DNA of 35,275 nucleotides, from positions 1 through 35,275 of the forward strand of contig JANQKO010000098.1 of assembly GCA_028281075.1 (NCBI GenBank), in the 5' to 3' direction. Under the pieces are notes generated by a model that saw only the letters and a list, made by a program, of their open reading frames with translations, did no database searches and was not told the DNA's origin. Source of the stretch: Alphaproteobacteria bacterium. Its GTDB lineage: Bacteria > Pseudomonadota > Alphaproteobacteria > GCA-2731375. Within the stretch, counting starts at the first letter, position 1. Each line of letters begins with the position of its first letter. Positions 15,989-27,381 of this stretch are shown here, piece after piece. Made by a program: the position numbers and the translations under genes.

Positions 15989-16609
15989 TCACAAGCCGCC
16001 GGCGGCGCGGGCGAGCCGTTCGATACGCGCCCAGTCGCCGGCGGCGACCGCGTCCGGCGGCGCCACCCAGGAGCCGCCGACGCAGACCACGTTGGCCAGC
16101 GCCAGGTAATCGGCCGCGTTATCGGCATTGACGCCACCGGTCGGACAGAAGCACAGATCGGCGAAGGGGCCGCCCAGCGCCTTGAGCGCCGCGATGCCGC
16201 CGGCGGGACCGGCCGGGAAGAACTTCAGACAGGAAAAGCCGGCCACCCGCGCCGCCATGCATTCGGACGCCGTGGCCACGGCCGGCAGGTAGGGCATGTC
16301 GCCGGCCGCGGCGGCGAGCTCGGGCAGGAAGCCGGGGCTGACGGCGAAGCGCGCGCCGGCCGCGGCGGCAGCGGCGAACTCGTCCGTCCGCGTCAGCGTG
16401 CCGACCCCCGGCACCGCGCCCGGCACCGTGGCCACGGCCCGGACCGCGTCCAGCGCCGCGGCGGTGCGGAAGGTGATCTCCAGCGCCGGCAGGCCGCCGG
16501 CGACGAGCGCCTCGGCCAGCGGCACCGCGTCTTCGACCCGCTCGATGGTGAGCACCGGCACGACCCGGCCGAGCGTCAGGATCTCGGCGATCTGCATGCG
16601 TCCGGCCAT
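15989..16609 (-). CDS. eda: 2-dehydro-3-deoxyphosphogluconate / 4-hydroxy-2-oxoglutarate aldolase
   Basis: The motifs VVPVLTIERVEDAVPLAEALVAGGLPALEITFRT, KFFPA and CPTGGV are typical of KDPG aldolase. Confidence 0.88.
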   Translation of the reverse strand: MAGRMQIAEILTLGRVVPVLTIERVEDAVPLAEALVAGGLPALEITFRTAAALDAVRAVATVPGAVPGVGTLTRTDEFAAAAAAGARFAVSPGFLPELAAAAGDMPYLPAVATASECMAARVAGFSCLKFFPAGPAGGIAALKALGGPFADLCFCPTGGVNADNAADYLALANVVCVGGSWVAPPDAVAAGDWARIERLARAAGGL

Positions 16610-16655
16610 GGCATTTCCCGTTACCTCCGCGGTCCGCCGCCACTATAGTCGCGCC

Positions 16656-17600
16656 ATGATCGGGGACGGCAGGAAATTCGCCGCCATCGGCGAATGCATG
16701 ATCGAGCTCAGCGACCCGCGCGACGGCGGCATGACGCTGGCCTTCGGCGGCGACACGCTGAACACATCAGTCTATCTCGCCCGGCTCGGCGCCGGGGCCG
16801 GGATCGCCGTCGACTACGTGACGGCGCTGGGCGACGATCCCTACAGCGACCAGATGATCGGCGCCTGGCGCCGGGAAGGCCTCGGCACCGGCCACGTCGC
16901 CCGCCTGCCCGGCCGGCTGCCGGGGCTCTACGCCATCCGCACCGACACGGCCGGCGAGCGCTCGTTCTACTACTGGCGCTCGGCCGCCGCCGCGCGCGAC
17001 CTGTTCAAGTCCGCCGAGGCGGACAGGCTCGCCGACCGGCTGCGCGACCACGACATGCTCTATCTCTCGGGCATCACGCTGTCGATCCTGGACGGCGACG
17101 GCCGGGCGGCGCTCACCGATCTGGTGCGCCGGGCGCGCGGCGACGGCGCCGTCATCGCCTTCGACAGCAATTACCGGCCGCGCGGCTGGCCGGAACCCGC
17201 CGAGGCGCGGGCGGTGATGGACGAGATGCTGCGGCACGTCGATATCGCCCTGCCCACGCTCGACGACGAGCAGGCCCTGTCCGGGGTCGCCGACACGGCG
17301 GCCTGCATCGACCGCATCGCGGCGCTGGGCGTGCCCGAAATTGTGGTCAAGGATGGACCGCGGGCCTGCGCGATCCGGCATGACGGCCGGCGGACGGAGG
17401 TCATGCCGACCGCCGTCGCCACGCCGGTCGACACGACGGCGGCCGGCGATTCCTTCAATGCCGGCTATCTGGCGACACGCCTCACGGGCGGCGATCCGGA
17501 AACGGCGGCACGCACCGGCCATCGCCTGGCGGCAGAGGTGATCCGTCACCGCGGCGCCATCATCCCCGCCGCCGCCATGCCGGACATGCCGCTGACGTAG
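16656..17600 (+). CDS. kdgK: 2-dehydro-3-deoxygluconokinase (PfkB-family sugar kinase)
   Basis: It has the N-terminus AAIGECMIEL and the PfkB signature DTTAAGDSFNAGYL. It is divergent from eda across a 46-bp spacer. The longer track ORF (16296..) is an upstream extension antisense to eda. Confidence 0.88.
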   Translation: MIGDGRKFAAIGECMIELSDPRDGGMTLAFGGDTLNTSVYLARLGAGAGIAVDYVTALGDDPYSDQMIGAWRREGLGTGHVARLPGRLPGLYAIRTDTAGERSFYYWRSAAAARDLFKSAEADRLADRLRDHDMLYLSGITLSILDGDGRAALTDLVRRARGDGAVIAFDSNYRPRGWPEPAEARAVMDEMLRHVDIALPTLDDEQALSGVADTAACIDRIAALGVPEIVVKDGPRACAIRHDGRRTEVMPTAVATPVDTTAAGDSFNAGYLATRLTGGDPETAARTGHRLAAEVIRHRGAIIPAAAMPDMPLT

Positions 17601-17615
17601 CCCACCCGCACGGCG

Positions 17616-17706
17616 GACTGGATTGCCGGGTCAAGCCCGGCAATGACGGAATGTGTTTGAAATCAATATCTTAACCGTCATGCCCGGACTTGATCCGGGC
17701 ATCCAG
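17616..17706. repeat. Pair of inverted REP-like hairpins flanking an AT-rich spacer, a probable bidirectional terminator
   Basis: Hairpin 1 pairs attgccggg with cccggcaat (17622..17644). Hairpin 2 pairs atgcccgga with tccgggcat (17680..17702). Both have the CCGTCAT ... ATCCAG flanks of the family. The pair sits between convergent kdgK and the aroQ-like gene. Confidence 0.6.
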
Positions 17707-17727
17707 CGACATTGACGGACCGAACCG

Positions 17728-18168
17728 CTACTTCCTGCCGAGATGCATCAGCGCGGCGTCGAGGCCCAGGATATACCCCTTGACGCCGAAGCCGAAGATC
17801 ATGCCGATCGACGGCTCGGCCGTGACCGAGCGCTTGCCCAGACGCTCGATATGGGTGATGTGGGCCTCGACATAGGGCAGGTCGGGCGCGACGGCCAGCA
17901 GGCAGTCGCGCATGGCATAGCCGGCATAGGTCATGCCGGCGGGGTTCATGACCAGCGCGTCGACCCCCCGCTCGACGGCCTGATAGACCCGCTCGATGGC
18001 ATGGCCCTCGACATGGGTATAGAAGATCTCGAGTTCGTAGCCGTTCCCGGCCGCGTGCGCGCGCAGCATATCGTCGAGCTCGGCCGCCGTGGTGGTGCCG
18101 TAGAGCTCGGGCTGACGCTTGCCGAGATAGCTCAAGTTCGGTCCGTTGATGACCAGGATTTTCGTCAC
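17728..18168 (-). CDS. type II 3-dehydroquinate dehydratase family protein (divergent paralog)
   Basis: ILVINGPNLSYLGKRQPELYG matches the AroQ N-terminal motif, and NPAG...MRDCL and VEAH match the fold. Several canonical motifs are altered, as described in the findings. Confidence 0.78.
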   Translation of the reverse strand: MTKILVINGPNLSYLGKRQPELYGTTTAAELDDMLRAHAAGNGYELEIFYTHVEGHAIERVYQAVERGVDALVMNPAGMTYAGYAMRDCLLAVAPDLPYVEAHITHIERLGKRSVTAEPSIGMIFGFGVKGYILGLDAALMHLGRK

Positions 18169-18254
18169 GATCTGCCTCCGCGCGGATCTGCTCGACGGCG
18201 CCGGCCGCGGCGGCTAAACCTAGCGCGAACCAGGGCGTAACGCATCGGGGTCGC

Positions 18255-18956
18255 ATGACGCACGGACTTCCCGGCACCAACGGCCGCCGCCGCATCTACC
18301 TGATGCGGCACGGCGAGGTGCGCTATTTCACTGCCGACGGCAAGCCGGTGAACCCGCACGACGTGCGGCTGACCGAGGCCGGCGAGGCACAGGCGCGGGC
18401 CATGGGCGCGCTGCTGGCCGACGTGCCGTTCGACCGGGCCGCGCATACCGGCCTGCCGCGCACGCGGCAGACGGCGGAGACGGTGCTGAACGGCCGCGAG
18501 GTGCCGCTGGCCCTGGTTGGCGGGCTGCGCGAGATCCGCGTCGGCAAGCTGGTCGACCCGTCGCGCGAGCGGGTCGAGGCCGAGTTCGTCTATGGCATGG
18601 AACGGGCCGCCGAGCCGGGCGCGCGCTTCGCCGACGGCGAGGCCTACGTCAATTTCCAGGCCCGGGTGACGGCGGTGTTCCGGAACCTGCTGCTGCAGCC
18701 GGACTGGACGCGCATGCTGCTGGTGGCGCATGACGGCACCAACCGGACACTGCTGTCATGGGTGACGGGCGCGGGCCTCGCCGGTCTCGGCGCCTTCGAA
18801 CAGGACCCGGGCTGCCTCAACATCATCGACGCCGACGTGATCGACGGCCGCATCGTGCGGCGCATGGTCAAGGCCCTGAACCTGACGCCGACCAATTACA
18901 ACAAGCGCGACAACCACCTGACCAGCATGGAGCAGGTGTTCTTTTGGGATCGCTGA
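18255..18956 (+). CDS. histidine phosphatase family protein (phosphoglycerate mutase-like)
   Basis: It carries the RHG motif (IYLMRHGEVRY), LPRTRQTAE and a downstream H (VAHDGTNR). Confidence 0.85.
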   Translation: MTHGLPGTNGRRRIYLMRHGEVRYFTADGKPVNPHDVRLTEAGEAQARAMGALLADVPFDRAAHTGLPRTRQTAETVLNGREVPLALVGGLREIRVGKLVDPSRERVEAEFVYGMERAAEPGARFADGEAYVNFQARVTAVFRNLLLQPDWTRMLLVAHDGTNRTLLSWVTGAGLAGLGAFEQDPGCLNIIDADVIDGRIVRRMVKALNLTPTNYNKRDNHLTSMEQVFFWDR

Positions 18957-20089
18957 CGCCGCTCGCCCTCGGCCTCGCGCTGGCCGGCATGGCGGCCGGT
19001 GCCGCGGGCGCGGGCACCGGGACGGCGCCCGCCGATATCGGCGACGACTGGCCGGTCTCGACACTGGCGGCCGAAGGTCTCGATCCCGGACCGGTCGCGG
19101 CCCTGCTCGAACGGATCGACGACGGCGGTTATACGGGCATCGACAGCTTCACGCTCGCTCGGCACGGCAAGCTGCTGGTCGACCGGTATTACGGCGACTT
19201 CACGCCCGAGCGCCTGCACGAGACGCGGTCGGCGTTCAAAAGCATTACCGGCCTGCTGGCCGGCATCGCCATCGACGAGGGCTTCCTGCGCCTGGAGGAC
19301 CCGGTCCTGCCGCTGATCGCCCGCTTCCACACGCCGGCCGACGCCGCCGACAAGCAGGCGATCACGGTCCGCGACCTGCTGCAGATGTCGTCCGGCTTCG
19401 ACTGCGCCGAGATGCCGGGCCGCGAGCCGTTTCGCGAGGCGAAGATCAACAAGAGTGCCGATATACTGGCCGGGCATTTCGGGCTGCCGATGACGGACAC
19501 GCCCGGCACGCGCTGGCGCTATTGCTCGTCCAACACCTACCTGCTGGGCATCGCGCTGAAGTCGGCGCTGATCGGGCACTTGCATTTCAGCATGCAGGCC
19601 TATCTCGACAAGCGGCTGTTCTGGCCGCTGGGCATCATCGCCTATCGCCCGGGCGGCTACGGCTCGACCCATCTGGCGATGCATGGCGGTGCCCGCATGC
19701 GGCCGCGCGATCTCGCCAAGATCGGACAGTTGCTGGTGGCCGGCGGGCGCTGGCGGGACCGGCAGGTGGTGCCGGCCGCTTGGATCGCGGCGATCCTGGT
19801 GGACGGCGTCGAGACGGACTGGTCATGGACCCGGACGCTGGTCGACGGGCCGGCGTTCCGGCGGCCGTCGCGCTATCAGTATCAGTGGTTCCAGACCGAC
19901 CTGCCCGTCGGCGGGCGCGACGTCCGGCTGGTGCATGGCTGGGGCAACGGCGGCCAGTTCGTCGTCGCCGTCCCGGCCTACGAGCTTGTCGTCGTCACGA
20001 CCGGCAGCAACTTCGGCTTCCGCAAGCTGGGGAAGCAGAAGCAGATTTTCGACATGCTGTATCGGTATGTGCTGCCGGCGGTGCGGTAA
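18944..20089 (+). CDS. serine hydrolase (beta-lactamase family)
   Basis: It has an SxxK motif (SAFKS) and a signal-like N-terminus (SLTPLALGLALAGMAAGAAGA). No ATG precedes the signal peptide, so I propose the in-frame TTG at 18944. That start overlaps the upstream gene by 13 nt. Confidence 0.78.
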   Translation: MGSLTPLALGLALAGMAAGAAGAGTGTAPADIGDDWPVSTLAAEGLDPGPVAALLERIDDGGYTGIDSFTLARHGKLLVDRYYGDFTPERLHETRSAFKSITGLLAGIAIDEGFLRLEDPVLPLIARFHTPADAADKQAITVRDLLQMSSGFDCAEMPGREPFREAKINKSADILAGHFGLPMTDTPGTRWRYCSSNTYLLGIALKSALIGHLHFSMQAYLDKRLFWPLGIIAYRPGGYGSTHLAMHGGARMRPRDLAKIGQLLVAGGRWRDRQVVPAAWIAAILVDGVETDWSWTRTLVDGPAFRRPSRYQYQWFQTDLPVGGRDVRLVHGWGNGGQFVVAVPAYELVVVTTGSNFGFRKLGKQKQIFDMLYRYVLPAVR

Positions 20090-20101
20090 GAACTAAGCGT
20101 T

Positions 20102-22189
<2,088 letters not shown>

Positions 22190-22325
22190 GTCGCGACTCT
22201 CCCCAGATGTGCGGAATGGCTGTGCCGTTGGCCAGCTTGATCATCTGCATAACATGAAAGCGGGATGTTTGCCTTGGGTCAAAAGGCCTAGTATGCGGGC
22301 ACGACGACAGCCAGACGGGGAACGG

Positions 22326-22961
22326 ATGATGGACGCAACGGCAGACCAGGACAGGGTCGAGACCGAGGATGAATTACGCGGCCGGTACGGCAAGGTCTCG
22401 CCGCTGGCGGCGAAGAAGTCGCTGCCGCGGATCGATCCGCATATCCGCCACTTCATCGGCCTGTCGCCGTTCTGCTGCATCGCCACCTCGCGGCCCGACG
22501 GCGGCGCCGACAATTCGCCGCGCGGCGACGCGCCGGGCTTCGTGGCCATGCCCGACGACCGCACGCTGCTGATCCCGGACCGGCCGGGCAACAATCGCCT
22601 CGACACGATGTCGAACATCATCGCCAATCCGAAGGTTGGCCTGATCTTCTTCATTCCCGGCGTCGACGAGACCGTGCGGGTGAACGGCCGGGCCTCGATC
22701 ACCGAGGACCCCGATCTGCTCGCCGGCATGGCGGTCAACGGCAAGACACCGAAGACGGCGATCCGCATCGACGTCGAGGAGGCGTTCCTGCACTGCTCGA
22801 AGGCGCTCAGGCGGGCGAAGCTGTGGCACGCGGACTACAAGATCGATCGCAAGACGCTGCCGACGCTGGGCCAAATGATCACCGACCAGGTCGAGACCGG
22901 CATGACCGCGGACGAGGCCGAAGCGCGCGTCCAGGACAGCATCAAGAAGACGATGTACTGA
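22326..22961 (+). CDS. pyridoxamine 5'-phosphate oxidase family (FMN-binding split-barrel) protein
   Basis: The motifs PFCCIATSRPDGGADNSPRGD, IPDRPGNNRLDTMSNI and ETVRVNGRA are characteristic of this family. The track ORF from 21972 is an upstream extension antisense to fadB. Confidence 0.8.
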   Translation: MMDATADQDRVETEDELRGRYGKVSPLAAKKSLPRIDPHIRHFIGLSPFCCIATSRPDGGADNSPRGDAPGFVAMPDDRTLLIPDRPGNNRLDTMSNIIANPKVGLIFFIPGVDETVRVNGRASITEDPDLLAGMAVNGKTPKTAIRIDVEEAFLHCSKALRRAKLWHADYKIDRKTLPTLGQMITDQVETGMTADEAEARVQDSIKKTMY

Positions 22962-23512
22962 TGCCGGCGCGGCTCTATCTGGTGCGGCACGGCAAGGCCG
23001 CCGCCGGCTGGGACGCCGATGCCGACCCCGGCCTGGACGAGACCGGCCGGGCGCAGGCCGAAGCGATGGCGGCGCGGCTGGCCGACCTGGGGCCGTTGCC
23101 GATCGTCTGCAGCCCGCTCCGGCGCACGCGCGAAACGGCCGTGCCACTGGAAACGCGCTGGCAGGCACGGGCCGTGATCGATCCGGCGGTCGCCGAGGTG
23201 CCGAGCCCAAGCGACGATCTGGCCGCGCGCGGCGACTGGCTGCGCGGCATCATGGCCGGGACCTGGGCACAGGCCGGCGACGGACTGGCGCCGTGGCGGC
23301 AGGGCGTGATCGACCGGCTGACGTCGTTTGCCGAGGATACCGTGGTGGTCAGCCACTTCATCGCCATCAACGTCGCCGTCGGCGCGGCCACGGGCGACGA
23401 TCGGGTTGTCGGCTTCCGGCCGGACAACTGCTCGGTGACGGTGCTGGAGAGCGAAGGATCGGTGTTACGCCTGGTTGAGCGCGGGGCGGAGGCGGTGACG
23501 GAGGTGCGGTAG
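22961..23512 (+). CDS. histidine phosphatase family protein
   Basis: LYLVRHGKAA is the RHG motif, followed by CSPLRRTRETA and VVVSHF. Its ATG overlaps the upstream TGA (cTGATG), which suggests translational coupling. Confidence 0.8.
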   Translation: MPARLYLVRHGKAAAGWDADADPGLDETGRAQAEAMAARLADLGPLPIVCSPLRRTRETAVPLETRWQARAVIDPAVAEVPSPSDDLAARGDWLRGIMAGTWAQAGDGLAPWRQGVIDRLTSFAEDTVVVSHFIAINVAVGAATGDDRVVGFRPDNCSVTVLESEGSVLRLVERGAEAVTEVR

Positions 23513-23526
23513 GTTGGCATCGCCGT

Positions 23527-23609
23527 AGCCCTCACCCTCCCACGAGCTGACACTCGCGGGTCCCTCCCTCTCCCGCAAGCGGGAGAGGGTTGGGGTGAGG
23601 GCTAGTTTT
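23527..23609 (+). terminator. Nested GC-rich palindrome plus T-run, a probable bidirectional terminator / REP element
   Basis: The outer stem pairs agccctcaccc (23527..23537) with gggtgagggct (23593..23603). The inner stem pairs ccctctcccgc with gcgggagaggg (23566..23589). TTTTT follows at 23605..23609. The element lies between convergent genes and overlaps the stop of 23602..25701. Confidence 0.5.
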
Positions 23610-25701
23610 TCGGGACGATCAGCGCGTCGACCGCCACCGCGCCCTTCTCCAGCACCAGGAACGGGTTGACGTCGATGCTGTCGACCGTGTCTCGGTTGTC
23701 GTGGGCGAAGACGGAGAGGCGGACGAGGGCTTCGGCGAGCGCGTCGAGGTCGGCCGGGGCCTGGCCGCGGACGCCTTCCAGCATGGCGAAGCCCTTGACC
23801 TCGCGGATCATGCGGTGGGCCTCGTCGAGGCCGAAGGGCGCGACGCGGTAGGTGACGTCCTTCAGCACCTCGACGAACACGCCGCCGAGGCCGAACAGCA
23901 CGACCGGGCCGAACACCGGATCGGTGTAGGTGCCCAAGATGGTCTCGACACCGCCGCCGACCATGGGCGCGACCAGCACGCCGTCGATGGCGGCATCCGG
24001 CTGCTTCAAACCGACCGAGTCCATGATCGCGGCATAAGCGGCCTCGACATCGGCCGCCGAGCCCAGGTTCAGGCGCACGCCGCCGACATCTGATTTGTGC
24101 TGGATCGCCGCCGAGACGACCTTCATGACCACAGGATAGCCGAGCGCGTCGGCCGCGGCCGCGGCCGCGGCCGCGGACGTCGCGAGCCGGGTCTCGACCA
24201 CGGGCAGGCCGGCGTCCGACAGCAGCGTCGCCGCCTCGACCTCGCTCAGGCTCGCCGCCGGGGCCGGCCGGGCCGTGGCGGGCGGCGGCAGCGGCGCCTG
24301 CGGCGCGGGCCGCGCAAAATTTTCGCCAAATCCGGCCATGGCGGCGATCGCCTCGATAGCGCGCGAGGGGTCCTCGACGACCAGGTAGCCGTGGCTTTCG
24401 AGCATGGTGACGTCGTCGGGCTTGGCCAGCATGGACAGCACGATCAGCCGGTTGGGATAGGCGGCCCGCATGGCCGGCAGCAGCTCGCGCATCTGCGACA
24501 TCATGCGCTCGCCGAAGCCGACGCTGGTCAGGAACACCATGACCGCGTCACAGTCGCCGTGGTCGAGGATTACCTCCATGTTGCGCTTCAGCAGGTTGAC
24601 GTCGTTCAGCATCTGCGCCGTGGTGTCGACCGGGTTGCGCACGGCGGCGAACGGCATCAGCGCCTTGAGCTCGGCCTGGGCCTTCTCGGGCAGGGCCGGC
24701 ACCTCCAGGCCGCAGGCCGCCGCCGTGTCGCTCGACAGCACGCCGACACCGCCGGAGATGGTGACGATGCCGAGCCGGCGGCCGGCCGGGAACTTGCCCG
24801 CGGCGCAGGCACCGGCCATCAGCATCATCTCGTCCAGCGAATGCACGCGGTAGGCGCCGTATTGCCGGAAGATGGCGTCGAACACGGCGTCGGCCCCGGC
24901 GAGCGAGGCCGTATGCGTGCTGGCGGCGATGGCGCCCACATCGGACGCGCCGACCTTCATGACGATGACGGGCTTGCCGTGCCGGCGGGCCGACTCGAGC
25001 GCCGCGATCAGCCGGTCGGGATGCTTGCAGCCTTCCATGTAGACGACGATCACCTTGGTCTCGGGATCTTCGGCGCCGTAGGAGATGCAGTCGGCCACGT
25101 CGACGTCGCATTCGTTGCCGGTGGTGGCGAAGGCGCGCAGGCCGATGCCGCGCTCGCGCGCCAGCACCAGGATATGCGAGCCGACGGCGCCGCTCTGGCT
25201 GAACACGGTGATGCCGCCGGGCCGCGGCCAGCCATGCTCGAAGGCCGACGAAAAGGTGCCGATGGCACGGCTGTGCACGTTCAGCATGCCCATGCAGTTC
25301 GGGCCCATGATGCGCATGCCCGAGGTCCGGGCGATCTCGCTGAGCTGGTCCTGCCATTGCCGGCCCTGCTCGTCGACCTCGGCGAAGCTGGAGCTGAAGA
25401 TCGCCATCGAGCGCACGCCGGCCTCGACGCAGCCCCTGGCGGCATCGACCACGAAGGGCGCCGGCAGCGAGACCACGGCGACGTCAACCGGCTCGGGGAT
25501 GTCGCGCACGTCGGCATAGGCGGTCAGGCCCTGGATCTCGCCGCCCTTCGGATTGACCGGGAAGATCTTGCCGGTATAGCCGCCCTCCAGCATGTAGCGG
25601 ATCGGCCGGCCGCCGAACTTGTGCACGTCGTTGGACGCGCCGAGGATGGCCATGGTCCGGGGATCGATCAGGGGGTCGAGCGAATGGGTCGTGCGGTTCA
25701 C
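23602..25701 (-). CDS. ADP-forming acyl-CoA synthetase (acetate--CoA ligase family; CoA-binding plus ATP-grasp)
   Basis: The N-terminal CoA-binding region reads ILGASNDVHKFGGRPIRYML...IFPVNPKGGEIQG. The C-terminal ATP-grasp region reads GYPVVMKVVSAAIQHKSDVGGVRLNL. The protein is 699 aa. Confidence 0.88.
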   Translation of the reverse strand: MNRTTHSLDPLIDPRTMAILGASNDVHKFGGRPIRYMLEGGYTGKIFPVNPKGGEIQGLTAYADVRDIPEPVDVAVVSLPAPFVVDAARGCVEAGVRSMAIFSSSFAEVDEQGRQWQDQLSEIARTSGMRIMGPNCMGMLNVHSRAIGTFSSAFEHGWPRPGGITVFSQSGAVGSHILVLARERGIGLRAFATTGNECDVDVADCISYGAEDPETKVIVVYMEGCKHPDRLIAALESARRHGKPVIVMKVGASDVGAIAASTHTASLAGADAVFDAIFRQYGAYRVHSLDEMMLMAGACAAGKFPAGRRLGIVTISGGVGVLSSDTAAACGLEVPALPEKAQAELKALMPFAAVRNPVDTTAQMLNDVNLLKRNMEVILDHGDCDAVMVFLTSVGFGERMMSQMRELLPAMRAAYPNRLIVLSMLAKPDDVTMLESHGYLVVEDPSRAIEAIAAMAGFGENFARPAPQAPLPPPATARPAPAASLSEVEAATLLSDAGLPVVETRLATSAAAAAAAADALGYPVVMKVVSAAIQHKSDVGGVRLNLGSAADVEAAYAAIMDSVGLKQPDAAIDGVLVAPMVGGGVETILGTYTDPVFGPVVLFGLGGVFVEVLKDVTYRVAPFGLDEAHRMIREVKGFAMLEGVRGQAPADLDALAEALVRLSVFAHDNRDTVDSIDVNPFLVLEKGAVAVDALIVPKN

Positions 25702-25730
25702 GGGCGTTACAGATCCGGTTTCTTGTTGAC

Positions 25731-27380
25731 TCAGTGGCCGCGGAGGCCGGCGATGGTGGCGTAGGCCGATATGTGATCGAGGCTGCTGCGCACGTCAACC
25801 ACCACCGGACCGTCGGCCGCCAGCGCCCGGTCGATCACGCCGGCCGCCTGGTCCGGCGTCTCGACGGTCAGGCCGGTGGCGCCGAAGGCCCGCGCCAGCG
25901 CGGCGAAGTCGGGGTTCACGAGGTCGGTGGCGATGGTACGGCCGGGGAACTGCTTCTCCTGGTGCAGCCGGATGGTGCCATAGGCGCCGTTGTTGGAGAC
26001 GATCAGGCAGATCCGCGTGCCTTCCTTGACGGCTGTCGCCAGCTCGTTGCCGGTCATCAGGAAGCCGCCGTCACCGATCAGCGCGACGACCTGCCGGTCG
26101 GGCTGGCGCAGGGCGGCGGCGACGGCGGCCGGCACGCCCAGGCCCATGGCGCCGGTGACGGCGCCGAGCAGCAGGTTGGTTTCCTTGAACGGATAGTGGC
26201 GGTGCAGCCAGCTACTGAAATTGCCGGCGTCCGTGATCAGAATGGCGTCGTCGTCCAGCCGGTCGATCAGCGGCCGCACGACATGGCCGAAATCGACGCC
26301 GTCGGTGGCGTCGCGCGGCGTCCAGGCCGCGAGCCCGGTATGGATCGCGTGCAGCCGCGCGTTCCAGTCGGCCCGGCCCGCGGGCGCCGGCGGGGCGTTG
26401 CGTTCGGCCAGCGCGGCCACGAACCCGCCGGCATCGGCGACCATGGCATGCGTCGCCGGAAACACGGCGCCGATGGCGGCCGCGTCGGGATAGACATGCA
26501 CCAGCGGCTGTTCGGGCTTCGGCAGGGTGTAGCCCTGGGTGGTGATATCGCCCAGGCGCGTGCCGACGGCCAGCACCAGATCGGCCTCGGCCAGGGCCTC
26601 GCCCAAGGCCGGCGGGATGCCGTAGCCGAGATGGCCGGCATAGTTCGGGTGCTCGTTCGGGAACAGGTCCTGGCGCTTGAAGCTGGGCGCGACGGCGAGC
26701 GACCAGGCCTCCGAGCAGGCCAGCAGCGATTTCCGCGCCGCCGGCTGGTTCAGCATGCCGCCGGCGATCAGCACCGGCCGCTTGGCTTCGGCCAGCAGGT
26801 CGGCGACGGTGCTGACATCGGCCTCGGCCGGCAGCGGCCGGGGCCGCGGCCGGGCGGGCATGGCCGGCGCGGCGCAGGGCTGCTCCAGCATGTCTTCCGG
26901 CAGCGAGACGATGACCGGGCCGGGCGTGCCGCTCTCGGCGATGTGGTAGGCGCGGGCCGCCACTTCCGGCAGCCGCTCGGGGTCGTGCACCTCCTCGACG
27001 GCCTTGGCCATGTCGGAGAAGGTCTTGGCGTAGTTCACTTCCTGGAAGGCGCCGCGGCCGAAATCCTTGCGCTCGATCTGGCCGATGAAGAAGACCACGG
27101 GCACGGCGTCCTGGTCGGCGGTATGCACGGCGATGGACGCGTTGGTGGCGCCCGGCCCACGGCTGACGAAGCAGGTACCGGCCCGGCCGGTGATCCTGGC
27201 GTCGGCCAGCGCCATGAAGCCGGCGCCGGATTCGTGCCGGCAGGTGACGACCTGGATCGCCGTCTCGCCGACCAGCGAATCCAGCACGGCGATATAGCTC
27301 TCGCCCGGCACGCAAAAGACCCGGTCGACGCCCTGCCCGACCAGGGTCTCGACCAACGCATCCGCCGCACTCCGACTCAT
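25731..27380 (-). CDS. thiamine-pyrophosphate-dependent enzyme (acetolactate synthase-like family)
   Basis: The N-terminus ALVETLVGQGVDRVFCVPGESY is followed by the TPP motif IGDGGFLMTGNELATAV...VSNNGAYG. The ATG at 27380 lies 1 nt after the upstream stop. Confidence 0.88.
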   Translation of the reverse strand: MSRSAADALVETLVGQGVDRVFCVPGESYIAVLDSLVGETAIQVVTCRHESGAGFMALADARITGRAGTCFVSRGPGATNASIAVHTADQDAVPVVFFIGQIERKDFGRGAFQEVNYAKTFSDMAKAVEEVHDPERLPEVAARAYHIAESGTPGPVIVSLPEDMLEQPCAAPAMPARPRPRPLPAEADVSTVADLLAEAKRPVLIAGGMLNQPAARKSLLACSEAWSLAVAPSFKRQDLFPNEHPNYAGHLGYGIPPALGEALAEADLVLAVGTRLGDITTQGYTLPKPEQPLVHVYPDAAAIGAVFPATHAMVADAGGFVAALAERNAPPAPAGRADWNARLHAIHTGLAAWTPRDATDGVDFGHVVRPLIDRLDDDAILITDAGNFSSWLHRHYPFKETNLLLGAVTGAMGLGVPAAVAAALRQPDRQVVALIGDGGFLMTGNELATAVKEGTRICLIVSNNGAYGTIRLHQEKQFPGRTIATDLVNPDFAALARAFGATGLTVETPDQAAGVIDRALAADGPVVVDVRSSLDHISAYATIAGLRGH

Positions 27381-27381
27381 C

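Noticed and set aside
16296-16655. N-terminal 120-codon extension of the kdgK ORF
   Set aside because: It is antisense to eda, and the conserved KdgK N-terminus begins at the ATG at 16656.
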